The notes beneath the pieces are model-generated. The model was not told where the DNA came from, ran no database searches, and was given only the letters and a program-made list of their open reading frames with translations. The position numbers and the translations under genes are program-made. DNA of 40,909 bases, the filler included, from Candidatus Nanoarchaeia archaeon (lineage in GTDB: Archaea > Nanobdellota > Nanobdellia > Woesearchaeales > DATDTY01): NCBI GenBank assembly GCA_035290625.1. It is 3 parts of 3 records of this genome, joined end to end, with 100 filler letters (N's around TTAATTAATTAA, not from the genome) between each part and the next. Parts side by side here need not be neighbours in the genome. Positions count along the whole stretch, not along the records: positions 3,852 to 32,835 come from DATDTY010000083.1; positions 32,936 to 40,909 come from DATDTY010000084.1; 1 more part is not named here. One strand, 5' to 3'. Each line of letters begins with the position of its first letter. Within the stretch, counting starts at the first letter, position 1. Of this stretch, positions 28,732-37,565 are shown one piece after another.

Positions 28732-29354
28732 TTTGGCCACTTCTTCGGGTCTTTGCTCCATTCGAGGCAGGCCTGTTTTTCTTTCGGTGTTATGCACTTT
28801 TTTTCTTCTGCCGCATTCAGCAATGCTGAGAAATTAGACAGGGTTGTAAGCGTTACCCCTGCTTTTGAGAAGCCTTCCCTTGATTCCTTCATCTCATACG
28901 TGAAGATTGCAATGCAGTCTGTGACTACGCCTCCTTTGTCCCGTATTGCCTGAATCGCATTTAAGGCTGAGCCTCCTGTTGAGATCAGATCCTCTACCAC
29001 AAGGACTTTCTGACCTGGCTTTAGAACACCTTCAACCTGGTTTCCCTTGCCGTGCTCTTTTGCCTTTGGTCGGACATAGATCATTGGCTTCTTGAGCTTT
29101 GCGGCAACTAATGAGGCATGGCTGATGCTTCCTGTTGCCACTCCTGCGATGATATCAAAGCTCAGTTTTTTTTGTTGTATTACGTCTGCCATTGATTGTA
29201 TAATTGCTTCCCATTTCTCAGGATAGCTCATCAGAAGCCTGTTATCACAGTAGATCGGCGCTTTAATGCCGGAAGTCCAGACATACGGCTTTAATGGCGA
29301 TAATGTGACTGCCTTGATGCTGAGAAGGAGGCTTGCTACCTGTTCTGGAGCCAT
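28728..29354 (-). CDS. pyrE: Orotate phosphoribosyltransferase
   Basis: SGIKAPIYCDNR; YVRPKAKEHG; PRPP motif VVEDLISTGGS. Confidence 0.95.
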   Translation of the reverse strand: MAPEQVASLLLSIKAVTLSPLKPYVWTSGIKAPIYCDNRLLMSYPEKWEAIIQSMADVIQQKKLSFDIIAGVATGSISHASLVAAKLKKPMIYVRPKAKEHGKGNQVEGVLKPGQKVLVVEDLISTGGSALNAIQAIRDKGGVVTDCIAIFTYEMKESREGFSKAGVTLTTLSNFSALLNAAEEKKCITPKEKQACLEWSKDPKKWPK

Positions 29355-29519
29355 AAACTCCTGGTTTTGAGGGAGTCTTTTATAGTTTGCGGTTGCAGGG
29401 CTCCATGCAGTTAATCTCCTTATGTCCCTTATAGAAATCTAGACCAGTCTCTACTTCATATGTAAAAATGATAAATCAAAAAAATCCCATCTCCTCTATT
29501 CCAGAGGGTCGCCTAGCTT

Positions 29520-29666
29520 CTAGAATCTTCGTGGCTTTTTTTTACGGAAGCACTCTCTGCAGTATACTGGCCTGTCTCCTGCTGGCTTGAACGGAACTTC
29601 GCATTCTTGGCCGCAGTCTGCACAGGTAGCTTTGTGCATTGTTCTTTCCCCAAAATCTCCTTGCAT
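29520..29666 (-). CDS. CxxC-x17-CxxC zinc-binding domain protein, 48 aa (frame not in the ORF track)
   Basis: MQGDFGERTMHKATCADCGQECEVPFKPAGDRPVYCRECFRKKKPRRF. Confidence 0.9.
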   Translation of the reverse strand: MQGDFGERTMHKATCADCGQECEVPFKPAGDRPVYCRECFRKKKPRRF

Positions 29667-29754
29667 TTGTTTTTCCTCTGCATAAAAAAGAACGAGCCTT
29701 TCTTATGGTACGAGGGAGAATTCATGGCGGGTTTATAAACTTTTCCCCTGGCAC

Positions 29755-29992
29755 GGGCTCAGTAGAAAGCCTTGCTGTGGCTTGCGAGTGAGCTCCTTCT
29801 CACTCGCTCACAAGCCACCGGTTGCCACAGGTACTCAAAAATGCTTCACATTTTTGGTCGCTCCTTCGGAGCAGTTCGGCTCGCATTGTACTCTGAATAA
29901 ACCGGCATTCCCCGAATGGGGCTTCCCCGTTGTCGGTCTGCATTTGAGCCGAGCCTCACGAAGGGCGGCAACGACGGCTTTCTGCTGAGCCC
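29755..29992. mobile_element. MITE-like / structured RNA element C
   Basis: 17-bp TIR GGGCTCAGTAGAAAGCC/GGCTTTCTGCTGAGCCC (one G-T); flanks CTGGCAC / CTGGCGC (6/7 TSD); several hairpins including cUUCGg; core homologous to A and B. Confidence 0.7.
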
Positions 29993-30018
29993 CTGGCGCG
30001 GCGCCCACCAACCCCTGC

Positions 30019-30636
30019 TTATTTCTTCTTTATCCTCTTCAGCCGGAACACATTCTCGCGCTCCATCTCCTCCAGCCTTAAGGTGATGAAGTCCTTGGCC
30101 CTCTTCATGCGCGGAATGACCTCAAACTCAAGCGCATTTACTCTCCTCTTGGTCTTATCAATCTCAGCCAGGATCTTTTTCATGGCAGTCTCGGTTTCTG
30201 CTTGCCTGACGATATCCAGGACCACCTTCTCAAATGCCTCTGCTGCCTCATCGATCACTGCTGAGGAGCTTGCAATGCTGTAGCCGCGCTGAAGCATCCC
30301 TTTCTGAACTGCTGTTGAGCTCACTCTCGGGACGACCACTCCCATGATATTTGCCTGGCCAAGCTGGACCTGCGGGCGCTCCCTGATGGCAAGGCTGAGC
30401 GACTCAAGAGTCACATCAGACTCAATAAGTCTTGCAGTCTCTATCTTCTCCAAAGCTTCCCTGTAGTGCCCTGCAACCTGGCTGCGCAGGCGTTTCGCCT
30501 CCTTAAGAATCTTGAAGAATTCCAGGATCAGGCCATCCCTCTTCTTCTTCAGGAGCCCGTACCCTGACTGGGCAAGCTTGATCCGCTTCTTGAGCTTGAT
30601 AAGCTCAGACCGTGTTGGCTTTACGTCAAGGGCCAT
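30019..30636 (-). CDS. atpD: A/V-type ATP synthase subunit D
   Basis: KPTRSEL; GYGLLKKKRDGL; KTKRRVNALE. Confidence 0.95.
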   Translation of the reverse strand: MALDVKPTRSELIKLKKRIKLAQSGYGLLKKKRDGLILEFFKILKEAKRLRSQVAGHYREALEKIETARLIESDVTLESLSLAIRERPQVQLGQANIMGVVVPRVSSTAVQKGMLQRGYSIASSSAVIDEAAEAFEKVVLDIVRQAETETAMKKILAEIDKTKRRVNALEFEVIPRMKRAKDFITLRLEEMERENVFRLKRIKKK

Positions 30637-30641
30637 GTTCC

Positions 30642-32012
30642 CTAACCATCTCTCTTGAGGAACTTTTCCTTCAGCTCAGGAGACAGCCGCGCCAATTCAT
30701 TCTCCGGGATCGGAGCAAGGAGCTCCCACCCTATTCCCAGCGTTGTCTGGATATTTCTGTCATCTGATTTTCCCTGAGTGACAAAACGCTTCTCGAATGC
30801 ATCTGCGAATTTCAGGAGCCTCTTATCCCTCTCAGAGAGCGACTCCTCTCCAACAATGGCGACAAGGCCCCGGAGATCCCTTCCTTCAGCATAGCTGGCA
30901 TACATCTGGTCTGAGAGCTGCTTGTGGTCTTCCCTTGTCTTTTCCTTGCCGATGCCAAGGTTCATCAGCCGGGAAAGGCTGGGCAGGACATCAACTGGAG
31001 GATAGATATTCTTCCGGTGCAGCTCTCTGCTCAGGACAATCTGGCCTTCTGTGATGTATCCTGTCAAATCAGGGATCGGATGCGTGATATCATCTCCAAT
31101 CATCGTCAGGATTGGGAACTGGGTGATAGAGCCCTTCCTGCCCTTGATCATGCCTGCGCGCTCGTAGATGGAGGCAAGGTCTGTGTACATGTATCCAGGA
31201 TAGCCTCTTCTTCCAGGAACCTCCTCCCTGGCAGCTCCAATTTCGCGCAGCGATTCGCAGTAGTTGGTCATGTCTGTGAGGATAACCAGCACGTGCATCT
31301 CAAGCTCATAGGCAAAGTATTCAGCGCATGTCAGCGCCATCTTTGGGGTGATAAGCCGTTCAACAGCAGGATCATCAGCCAGGTTGAGGAACACAACGCT
31401 CCTCTCCAATGCGCCTGTCTTCTCAAAGTCTCTGATGAAATACTGGGCCTCTTCATTCGTGATGCCCATTGCTGCAAAAATAACAACAAATTTTTCCTTT
31501 TGGCCAAGGACCTTTGCCTGGCGCGCGATCTGAAGCGCAATCTCGTTATGGGGCAGGCCGGAGCCTGAGAAGATCGGAAGCTTTTGGCCCCTGACAAGCG
31601 TATTTGTCCCATCAATCGTGGAGATGCCTGTCTGGATAAAATCAGCAGGGGATGCCCGGGAGTAGGGGTTGATTGCCTGGCCGCTGATCTCAAGGCGCTT
31701 CTTTGGGATGATTTCAGGGCCCTTATCAATCGGCCTTCCAGCGCCGTTCAGGATCCTTCCCAGCATCTCTTCAGTGCAGGAAAGCTTGATCGTCTCTCCA
31801 AGGAACTTGACTGATGAAGACATGTCAATTCCCGAGGTTCCTTCAAAAACCTGCACAACAACAACCTCTTCTGAAGTATCCAGCACCTGGCCGTTTTTTA
31901 TTGTTCCGTCAGGGAGCTTGACCTTCACCAGCTCTGCGTAGCCAACCGGCTCAGTCTTCTTGACAAAGATCAATGGACCCGCAACCCTGCTTATGGTTTT
32001 GTATTCTTTCAT
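30642..32012 (-). CDS. atpB: A/V-type ATP synthase subunit B
   Basis: [47 protein letters not shown] upstream of the chosen start. Confidence 0.95.
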   Translation of the reverse strand: MKEYKTISRVAGPLIFVKKTEPVGYAELVKVKLPDGTIKNGQVLDTSEEVVVVQVFEGTSGIDMSSSVKFLGETIKLSCTEEMLGRILNGAGRPIDKGPEIIPKKRLEISGQAINPYSRASPADFIQTGISTIDGTNTLVRGQKLPIFSGSGLPHNEIALQIARQAKVLGQKEKFVVIFAAMGITNEEAQYFIRDFEKTGALERSVVFLNLADDPAVERLITPKMALTCAEYFAYELEMHVLVILTDMTNYCESLREIGAAREEVPGRRGYPGYMYTDLASIYERAGMIKGRKGSITQFPILTMIGDDITHPIPDLTGYITEGQIVLSRELHRKNIYPPVDVLPSLSRLMNLGIGKEKTREDHKQLSDQMYASYAEGRDLRGLVAIVGEESLSERDKRLLKFADAFEKRFVTQGKSDDRNIQTTLGIGWELLAPIPENELARLSPELKEKFLKRDG

Positions 32013-32022
32013 TGTTTCACCA

Positions 32023-32835
32023 TTATTCTTCATGCTCCAACCCGCCAAACTCCTTTTCCATCTCCTTATTTATGGATTCCAGGCTTGATGCGTACTCCTT
32101 GACAAACTTGACGTTGGGGATCCTGTCCCTAGCTTTTACCTTCAGGATATCCTTAACAAGGCAGCCTTTCTCCAGAGACTCGTGCGCATGCTTCGCATAC
32201 AGCAAGATACTTTTCATCATCAGATATGTCTTGTTCAGGGAGCAATAGGTGTCTATCTCATGATATGCGTTCTGCTGCAGGATAATCTCCCTGATCATCC
32301 GGGCGACCTCAAGGGTTATCTGCTCCTTCTCCGGCAGCGCGTCTGATCCAACGAGCTGGACGATTTCCATGAGCTTTTCTTCGTCCTGCAGGATGGACAT
32401 GATCTGGTTGATCAGGCCTCTCCATTCCTTAGCAACATTCTCGGAATACCATGGCTCTAATGTATCCAGATAAAGGGAATAGGATGTGAGCCAGTTAATT
32501 GAAGGAAAATGGCGCCTTTGGGCAAGCTTCGCATCAAGCGCCCAAAAGGTCTTTGCAACCCTCAATGTTGACTGGGTGACAGGCTCTGAGAAGTCTCCGC
32601 CTGGCGGAGAGACTGCTCCGATAACAGTAACTGAACCCTCTGTTGCTGAGCCCTCCTTTGCGCCAAGAGGGACCGCCCGGCCTGAGCGCTCATAGAATTC
32701 TGAAAGCCTTGTTGACAAATATGCAGGATATCCTTCCTCGCCTGGCATTTCCTCCAGCCTTGAGGAGATCTCACGCATGGCTTCTGCCCATCGCGATGTT
32801 GAGTCAGCCATCAATGCAACTGAGTAGCCCATGTC
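32023..32835 (-). CDS. atpA: A/V-type ATP synthase subunit A, C-terminal part (5' end cut by contig edge)
   Basis: [36 protein letters not shown]. Confidence 0.95.
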   Translation of the reverse strand, partial: DMGYSVALMADSTSRWAEAMREISSRLEEMPGEEGYPAYLSTRLSEFYERSGRAVPLGAKEGSATEGSVTVIGAVSPPGGDFSEPVTQSTLRVAKTFWALDAKLAQRRHFPSINWLTSYSLYLDTLEPWYSENVAKEWRGLINQIMSILQDEEKLMEIVQLVGSDALPEKEQITLEVARMIREIILQQNAYHEIDTYCSLNKTYLMMKSILLYAKHAHESLEKGCLVKDILKVKARDRIPNVKFVKEYASSLESINKEMEKEFGGLEHEE

Positions 32836-32935
32836 NNNNNNNNNNNNNNNNNNNNNNNNNNNNNNNNNNNNNNNNNNNNTTAATTAATTAANNNNNNNNN
32901 NNNNNNNNNNNNNNNNNNNNNNNNNNNNNNNNNNN
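32836..32935. other. Artificial contig linker
   Basis: 100-nt N block with TTAATTAATTAA. Confidence 0.97.
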
Positions 32936-32993
32936 GAGCATAATCGTAGATGCATTCCCCTTTTCCCAGAGCCTCAAGATATCTCCCTTTCAT
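32936..32993 (-). CDS. N-terminus of DUF2283-like putative antitoxin (truncated by contig edge)
   Basis: MKGRYLEALGKGECIYDYA...; ATGA overlap with the upstream toxin-like gene; YDY motif. Confidence 0.5.
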
Positions 32994-33431
32994 TTTTCCA
33001 GCCGTTTTAGGTTTGGTATCGTGTCTGTGTTTATAAACGTTATTATCTCCAGCTTGTCAAGCTTCAATTCGAATATAATCCTTAAAAAACCTTCCTTTCT
33101 TCGAAAAAAGGCAGCATACCTTCCATTTTTCTGCAATCCAACTCCTTTCGGGCTCTCTCTTAAGAGTGCATGTATCAAGTCTTCTTCCTTAAATATTTTC
33201 CTCTGCGAATCGCTTAAATGATCCAGGGCGTGAGGACTTACTTTGATTCTTTCTTTATTGAAAATTCGGGGTTTAAGACGTGGGCTTTAGCCCGAATTTT
33301 CAATCCCGAAAACCGCACGATCAAAAACCCCGACATTTAGGTCGGGGATTAGTGCGGTTTTCGTTATACTTAGAGAGTATTTCATTGTATCTGTCAGTTT
33401 CAATTACCTCAATTATTTTTGTAGTGTTCAT
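32990..33431 (-). pseudogene. DUF4258/RelE-like putative toxin interrupted by a 106-bp palindromic insertion
   Basis: MNTTKIIEVIETDRYNEILSKY (33431-33366) joins NKERIKVSPHALDHL...IITF (33259-32990) in frame once the insert is removed, giving 111 aa. Confidence 0.7.
33258..33363 (-). mobile_element. Non-autonomous IS200/IS605-like palindromic element
   Basis: Two hairpins (CGAAAACCGCAC..CCCCGAC/GTCGGGG..GTGCGGTTTTCG and TTGAAAATTCGGG/CCCGAATTTTCAA); ends in TCAA on the minus strand; no TIR pair spanning it and no long TSD. Confidence 0.65.
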
Positions 33432-33502
33432 CAGGAGGCATCTCACGAGAAAGCAGTGGTAGGAAGTATTTTAATGTTTTCATGATGGAACTAACGAACA
33501 AG

Positions 33503-33575
33503 CAACCTCTTTAAACATCCCTTCATTCTCAAGCAGCAATGGACAGGAAGAGCGCGGGGGTCTTGGTAGGGGCAT
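33503..33575 (+). repeat. Cassette-boundary repeat copy 1
   Basis: CAACCTCTTTAAACATCCCTT...ATGGACAGGAAGAGCGCGGGGGTCTTGGTAGGGGCAT. Confidence 0.85.
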
Positions 33576-33813
33576 TTTGAAAGAGACTTAACTTACTTTT
33601 TGACTGTCATCTTCCACTCATCACCAAATAAGAGATGATCTGCTCTCCGTCAGAAGCATTGAAGCCTTTGAGGAAGAAGGATAGAAGGATTAGGAGGAGG
33701 ATTGGCGGTTTCACGGTCTTTTTGCAATACTCTTAAGAAATGAGATATTTAAATTCTCCCCTCCAAAAACACAAACAGAAACTATTTAAAGAGCGGTACC
33801 TTCTTGAAGAACC

Positions 33814-34026
33814 ATGAAATACCGGGTTGTGATTGAGCAGGATGAAGAAGGGATGTTTGTGGCAGAATGCCCGACATTGCCTGGCTGCCTCTCCCAGGGC
33901 AAGAGCCGCAGCGAGGCAGTGAAAAACATCCGGGATGCGATGCGCGGATACCTCATAAGCCTAAAAAAGCACAACGAGGCCATCCCTCCCTCAATTGATG
34001 AGGAAGTTGTGGAAATCCATGCCTAA
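33814..34026 (+). CDS. hicB: HicB family antitoxin
   Basis: YRVVIEQDEEGMFVAECPTLPGCLSQGKS..EA..NI.DA. Confidence 0.92.
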   Translation: MKYRVVIEQDEEGMFVAECPTLPGCLSQGKSRSEAVKNIRDAMRGYLISLKKHNEAIPPSIDEEVVEIHA

Positions 34027-34243
34027 GTTGCCAAGGCTTTCTGGAAGAGACATTGTACGGGCCGCGAGAAAGTTGGGATACGAACTGGACCATCAGACAG
34101 GAAGCCACATGATCCTGCGGCAGAACAGTGCGCCTTATCGCCGCTTGACCGTCCCCAATCATAAGGAGCTTTCAAAAGGAACATTGCGGGCTATTATCCG
34201 GCAGCTTGGTCTGGCCAGAGAGGAATTTCTTGGACTGTTGTGA
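34019..34243 (+). CDS. hicA: HicA family toxin
   Basis: MPKLPRLSGRDIV; TGSHMIL; TVPNHKELSKGTLRAI. Confidence 0.92.
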   Translation: MPKLPRLSGRDIVRAARKLGYELDHQTGSHMILRQNSAPYRRLTVPNHKELSKGTLRAIIRQLGLAREEFLGLL

Positions 34244-34310
34244 AATGCTTATGGGAAAAAACTTAAAGGTTTTTACCCGATTGATTATGGTTTTGCGGAG
34301 CTGCATCCCC

Positions 34311-34362
34311 CAACCTTTTTAGACATCCCTTGATTATGGACAGGAAGAGCGCGGGGGTCTTG
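34311..34362 (+). repeat. Cassette-boundary repeat copy 2
   Basis: CAACCTTTTTAGACATCCCTTGATTATGGACAGGAAGAGCGCGGGGGTCTTG; abuts the stop codon of the next minus-strand gene. Confidence 0.88.
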
Positions 34363-35019
34363 TTAGAATACCACTGAAGACAAATCTCCATACCCCTTTA
34401 GAAAGATTAGATTCCAGTACAGGGCAAATCTGATTAATGGCGCATCCCCATACTTGTCTTTTACTCCATAACGACCGTACTCTCGTATAAGGCTTCTTAA
34501 GACGTTTCTCGTATCATCAATAGCGGCTTTAACCCTTCTTCCTGTAACTAAAGATAGTACTGTAGTTGCATACGGCTTTATGAAGACCTTCATATTTTTA
34601 TCTTTTGAAGGTGTTGATGATCTGGTGGGATCTATCACCACCATAAACTGAGCCTCATAGCCTATATATGCATCTGCCTTGCCTTTTTTAACAGCAATCT
34701 CCCCGAGTTCCTGCGCTGAATCACAAGCCACTGCATACGTTATTGTAGAAGCCAAGAGATGGATGTTGCTCTCTTCCAAAATGATATGACCATTATGGCC
34801 CGCAATCGAATCCTTATCCCCATGGCCATGCAGAACCATCAGCCTTGGGCTGCCCTTTCGTATCGACTTTTCAAAATTCTCCTTGGTCGCTTTTGGGCCT
34901 TCGAGATTAATTATCGTATACTCTTTTCCTATCGCCCCTATTATACTTTCGGAGAAGTAGTGCATGCATGCTGTAGGAGGGTCATATCTGGGGCGCATGA
35001 ACAAGATCGTTTTAGTCAA
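34363..35019 (-). CDS. Caspase/CHAT/gingipain-fold (CHF) putative cysteine protease
   Basis: hhhHGHG and hhACDS His-Cys dyad spacing; AYIGY downstream; TTG start coupled to the upstream gene. Confidence 0.65.
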   Translation of the reverse strand: MTKTILFMRPRYDPPTACMHYFSESIIGAIGKEYTIINLEGPKATKENFEKSIRKGSPRLMVLHGHGDKDSIAGHNGHIILEESNIHLLASTITYAVACDSAQELGEIAVKKGKADAYIGYEAQFMVVIDPTRSSTPSKDKNMKVFIKPYATTVLSLVTGRRVKAAIDDTRNVLRSLIREYGRYGVKDKYGDAPLIRFALYWNLIFLKGYGDLSSVVF

Positions 35020-35221
35020 TTTCTCCCCTGCTTAAGCTCTGTATCATCCTGAACTGCACTTCCACAATCCTTTTGCCAAGTTCTGTCCTGTTTCTTACCT
35101 CTTCCAGCATCTCCGCAACCGTAATCGGCTTGCCCATGAGCAATACCTTTGCATTCCTGTTTAGCGTCTCCAGCCGGGCTATAACAAGATCCTCTATCTC
35201 CTTGCTGCTATTGTTGCTCAT
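35012..35221 (-). CDS. Small hypothetical protein (69 aa)
   Basis: LVIARLE...EEVRNRTELGKRIV; overlaps both neighbours. Confidence 0.8.
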   Translation of the reverse strand: MSNNSSKEIEDLVIARLETLNRNAKVLLMGKPITVAEMLEEVRNRTELGKRIVEVQFRMIQSLSRGEID

Positions 35222-35403
35222 AGTATCTCCAATTGTTTCATCTTTTTTAAAATTTTTTCGCCTAATTTTGTTTTTCCTTCTACTTCATCGTATGCCCTGT
35301 TCCATGTGTATGGCCTTCCTTCTATAAGAACAATGATCTGGCTTCTTTCATCATCAGGCAGATTAGAATACGCTTTTTTAAATGCTGGCATTAAGTCCTT
35401 CAT
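35218..35403 (-). CDS. Small hypothetical protein (61 aa), apparent paralog of the adjacent gene
   Basis: SD GAGGAG; MKDLMPAF...DEVEGKTKLGEKIL. Confidence 0.8.
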   Translation of the reverse strand: MKDLMPAFKKAYSNLPDDERSQIIVLIEGRPYTWNRAYDEVEGKTKLGEKILKKMKQLEIL

Positions 35404-35529
35404 TTTCTCCTCTTTATCTGCATCACATGCCATGTTTATATATCTTTCTCTGACCCGTCGGCATATGCGGGGTTTATTAAACGCACGATTTTGGACAGCG
35501 GATTTGGGTTTTTGCTTGGGAGGGATGTT

Positions 35530-35668
35530 ATGGCTGGAGAATTGGGGGCAGGCACCAATGTTAAGGTTTGCGCCATCAACCTTTTTAGACATCCCTTGAT
35601 TATGGACAGGAAGAGCACGGGGTCTTGTTAGGAGCATTTATCATTCTGTCAGCACTGGCTATCTTATT
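35530..35668 (+). repeat. Cassette-boundary repeat copy 3 (longest signal-peptide-like extension)
   Basis: ATGGCTGGAGAA..GGGGCAGG..AAGGTTTGC..CAACCTTTTTAGACATCCCTTGATTATGGACAGGAAGAGCACGGGGTCTTGTTAGGAGCATTT... Confidence 0.85.
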
Positions 35669-35675
35669 GGCGCCT

Positions 35676-36647
35676 TCATAAATAATGATAATAAACCTCA
35701 AAGAATTTACGATGGGTTTGTTTAGCCTTCTCAAGAGCAAACCTCATAAGCACCACATATGTTCCTAAATCAGCAGCCTGAAGCGCCTTGAGATACCTTT
35801 CCCTCACTGTTTTTCTTATGATGATGGGAAAATACCCTCTTTTGATCAATATATAATTGAGCAGCATTCGCCCGATTCTGCCATTCCCATCTGCGAAGGG
35901 GTGGATCTTCTCAAATCGATGGTGGAATTTAAATGCTAATTCAAGCGGATACATTGCATCCTTATTGTCCTGATACCACGTTATCAGCATCTTCATCTCT
36001 TTTTCGACGTGCTCGGGTTTGGTTAATTCAAGATCTCTGCCAAGCAGGATATTGGGCACTTTTTTATAACCAACCCGATTATCAATATTCTTCATGATTT
36101 TTTTGTGCAGATTGATGATAGCTGATTCAGTCAGCTCCCTCTTCGAATCAAAGAGATCCGAAAACACCATATAGGAATTCTTTGCATCATAGACCTCTCT
36201 CAGGTCAGCAGAGCTCTCTACCTTATCCTCAAAGACGATCTCTGAGAAGTTTTTTAATGTGAGCGAGTTGCCTTCAAGAGCGTTTGATTCGAATACAAAG
36301 TTAGCGACGAACCTCTTTTTAACGTCCATCCAATCCTTGCTGTGGAGAGATTTCCTGATTTCGTGGTATTTAATGTTCATTTCCTCAATCTTCTCTACTT
36401 CAGAAAGATCGAGAGGATATTCAAGATGAGCGTATCTCTTTCGTATATCCTTCATAACCAAAGCATGGGTTTTCCTGTCCACATCAAGCGCAAAATCCTT
36501 CATGCCTTTTTTTATCTGGGCATCGGAGACCTCACCTTTCCTGCCGAGGTACTTGCTTATCTTAAACACTGTGTTTTTTATTCGCAGGGTTTTATTTACG
36601 TAGAGGTAGGGTATCCCCTTCAGCTTCCTTTCCTGAACAAAGACCAT
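35676..36647 (-). CDS. Fic family protein (adenylyltransferase)
   Basis: Canonical HPFADGNGRIGR; SNALEGN inhibitory-helix motif. Confidence 0.93.
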   Translation of the reverse strand: MVFVQERKLKGIPYLYVNKTLRIKNTVFKISKYLGRKGEVSDAQIKKGMKDFALDVDRKTHALVMKDIRKRYAHLEYPLDLSEVEKIEEMNIKYHEIRKSLHSKDWMDVKKRFVANFVFESNALEGNSLTLKNFSEIVFEDKVESSADLREVYDAKNSYMVFSDLFDSKRELTESAIINLHKKIMKNIDNRVGYKKVPNILLGRDLELTKPEHVEKEMKMLITWYQDNKDAMYPLELAFKFHHRFEKIHPFADGNGRIGRMLLNYILIKRGYFPIIIRKTVRERYLKALQAADLGTYVVLMRFALEKAKQTHRKFFEVYYHYL

Positions 36648-36784
36648 GGCGCTGGTTACACCTACATATATTTAAATCTTTCTATTTGTGTAGGTGTATC
36701 CTCACAAACGGGTATTTTGGAGAAGACGGCAGCAGGATTTTCTGCATGTAAGGGATGCGGGCGGAATTGGGAGCAGGGAGCTGG

Positions 36785-36891
36785 ATGGCTGGAGAACGGG
36801 GCAGGATGATCCTCAATCAAGGTTTGCAACAACCTTTTTAGACATCCCTTGATTCTCAAGGGGCAATGACAAAGAGTATGAGGGGGTTCTT
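36785..36891 (+). repeat. Cassette-boundary repeat copy 4
   Basis: GGGGCAGGATGATCCTCAATCAAGGTTTGCAACAACCTTTTTAGACATCCCTTGATTCTCAAG...GGGGGTTCTT. Confidence 0.85.
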
Positions 36892-36922
36892 ATATAAATC
36901 TTCGGAATCACTGTTTCTGAAG

Positions 36923-37126
36923 CTATCCTCTCCTGCCCCAATTAAGCCTGTTCCATAGCCTTTCGTGGAGGTAGTAGAAGATGAGCTTTGCAATAACCTC
37001 AAAAGCCCCTACTCCCAAGGATATCCTGACATTTCCTGTAAATGTAAACACTATTGTGATGGTAATCAGTGTTGCCAATACTCTCCAGCTGATTGTCTTA
37101 GCCAGGGTTCGCTTGTGGTGGTCCAT
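36923..37126 (-). CDS. DUF2061 family small membrane protein
   Basis: RTLAKTISWR...YYLHERLW motif. Confidence 0.85.
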   Translation of the reverse strand: MDHHKRTLAKTISWRVLATLITITIVFTFTGNVRISLGVGAFEVIAKLIFYYLHERLWNRLNWGRRG

Positions 37127-37564
37127 TTAATAGATCTCCTTTGGATTGATCCTTTTTAATACCACCTTCTGCTCGTCTTGTTTGAAGGTTATATGGAAAT
37201 GCTCAAAAAACCCATGCCTGCCAAGAAGCAACGGAACGTCGTTATCATTATCCTGGAGGATAAGGGCCGGGACATCCAGAGAATACCGCTCACGATTTCC
37301 TTCAAGCATAAAGCGCAGTCTGGAACGCTTCACCTTAACTTTTCCGCCAATGCCTCCTGTCTCGGTTGATGCTGCATTTTCTTTCATCCCAAGCAAATCT
37401 GCCAAATCCCTTGGAACAACAGTAGTGTCTGCCCCAGAATCAACAAGGCCCACTACTTTCATTACCTGCTCAAACTTATTTCTTACAATAACCGGGATAA
37501 ATGGCGCATGCCGCAATGTCCCATCTTTTCTTGGAACATGGATGTACCTGTATATAATCGGCAT
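37127..37564 (-). CDS. Retropepsin-like aspartyl protease
   Basis: GLVDSGADTT; GIGG flap; LLGR..FF. Confidence 0.85.
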   Translation of the reverse strand: MPIIYRYIHVPRKDGTLRHAPFIPVIVRNKFEQVMKVVGLVDSGADTTVVPRDLADLLGMKENAASTETGGIGGKVKVKRSRLRFMLEGNRERYSLDVPALILQDNDNDVPLLLGRHGFFEHFHITFKQDEQKVVLKRINPKEIY

Positions 37565-37565
37565 T

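Noticed and set aside
29513..29725. 70-aa ORF from the track
   Set aside because: Wrong frame; the overlapping frame 29520-29666 encodes a clear CxxC-x17-CxxC protein.
29755..29992. RNase P RNA or SRP RNA
   Set aside because: No GAGGAAAGUCC P4 motif or SRP helix-8 motif found on either strand; TIR/TSD and homology to elements A and B fit a mobile repeat better.
33258..33363. BHB-spliced mRNA intron
   Set aside because: No bulge-helix-bulge could be drawn at the junctions; the ends resemble IS200/IS605 hairpins.
35404..35637. N-terminal extension of the 139-aa ORF
   Set aside because: It runs through repeat copy 3; SD and TATA support the start at 35403.
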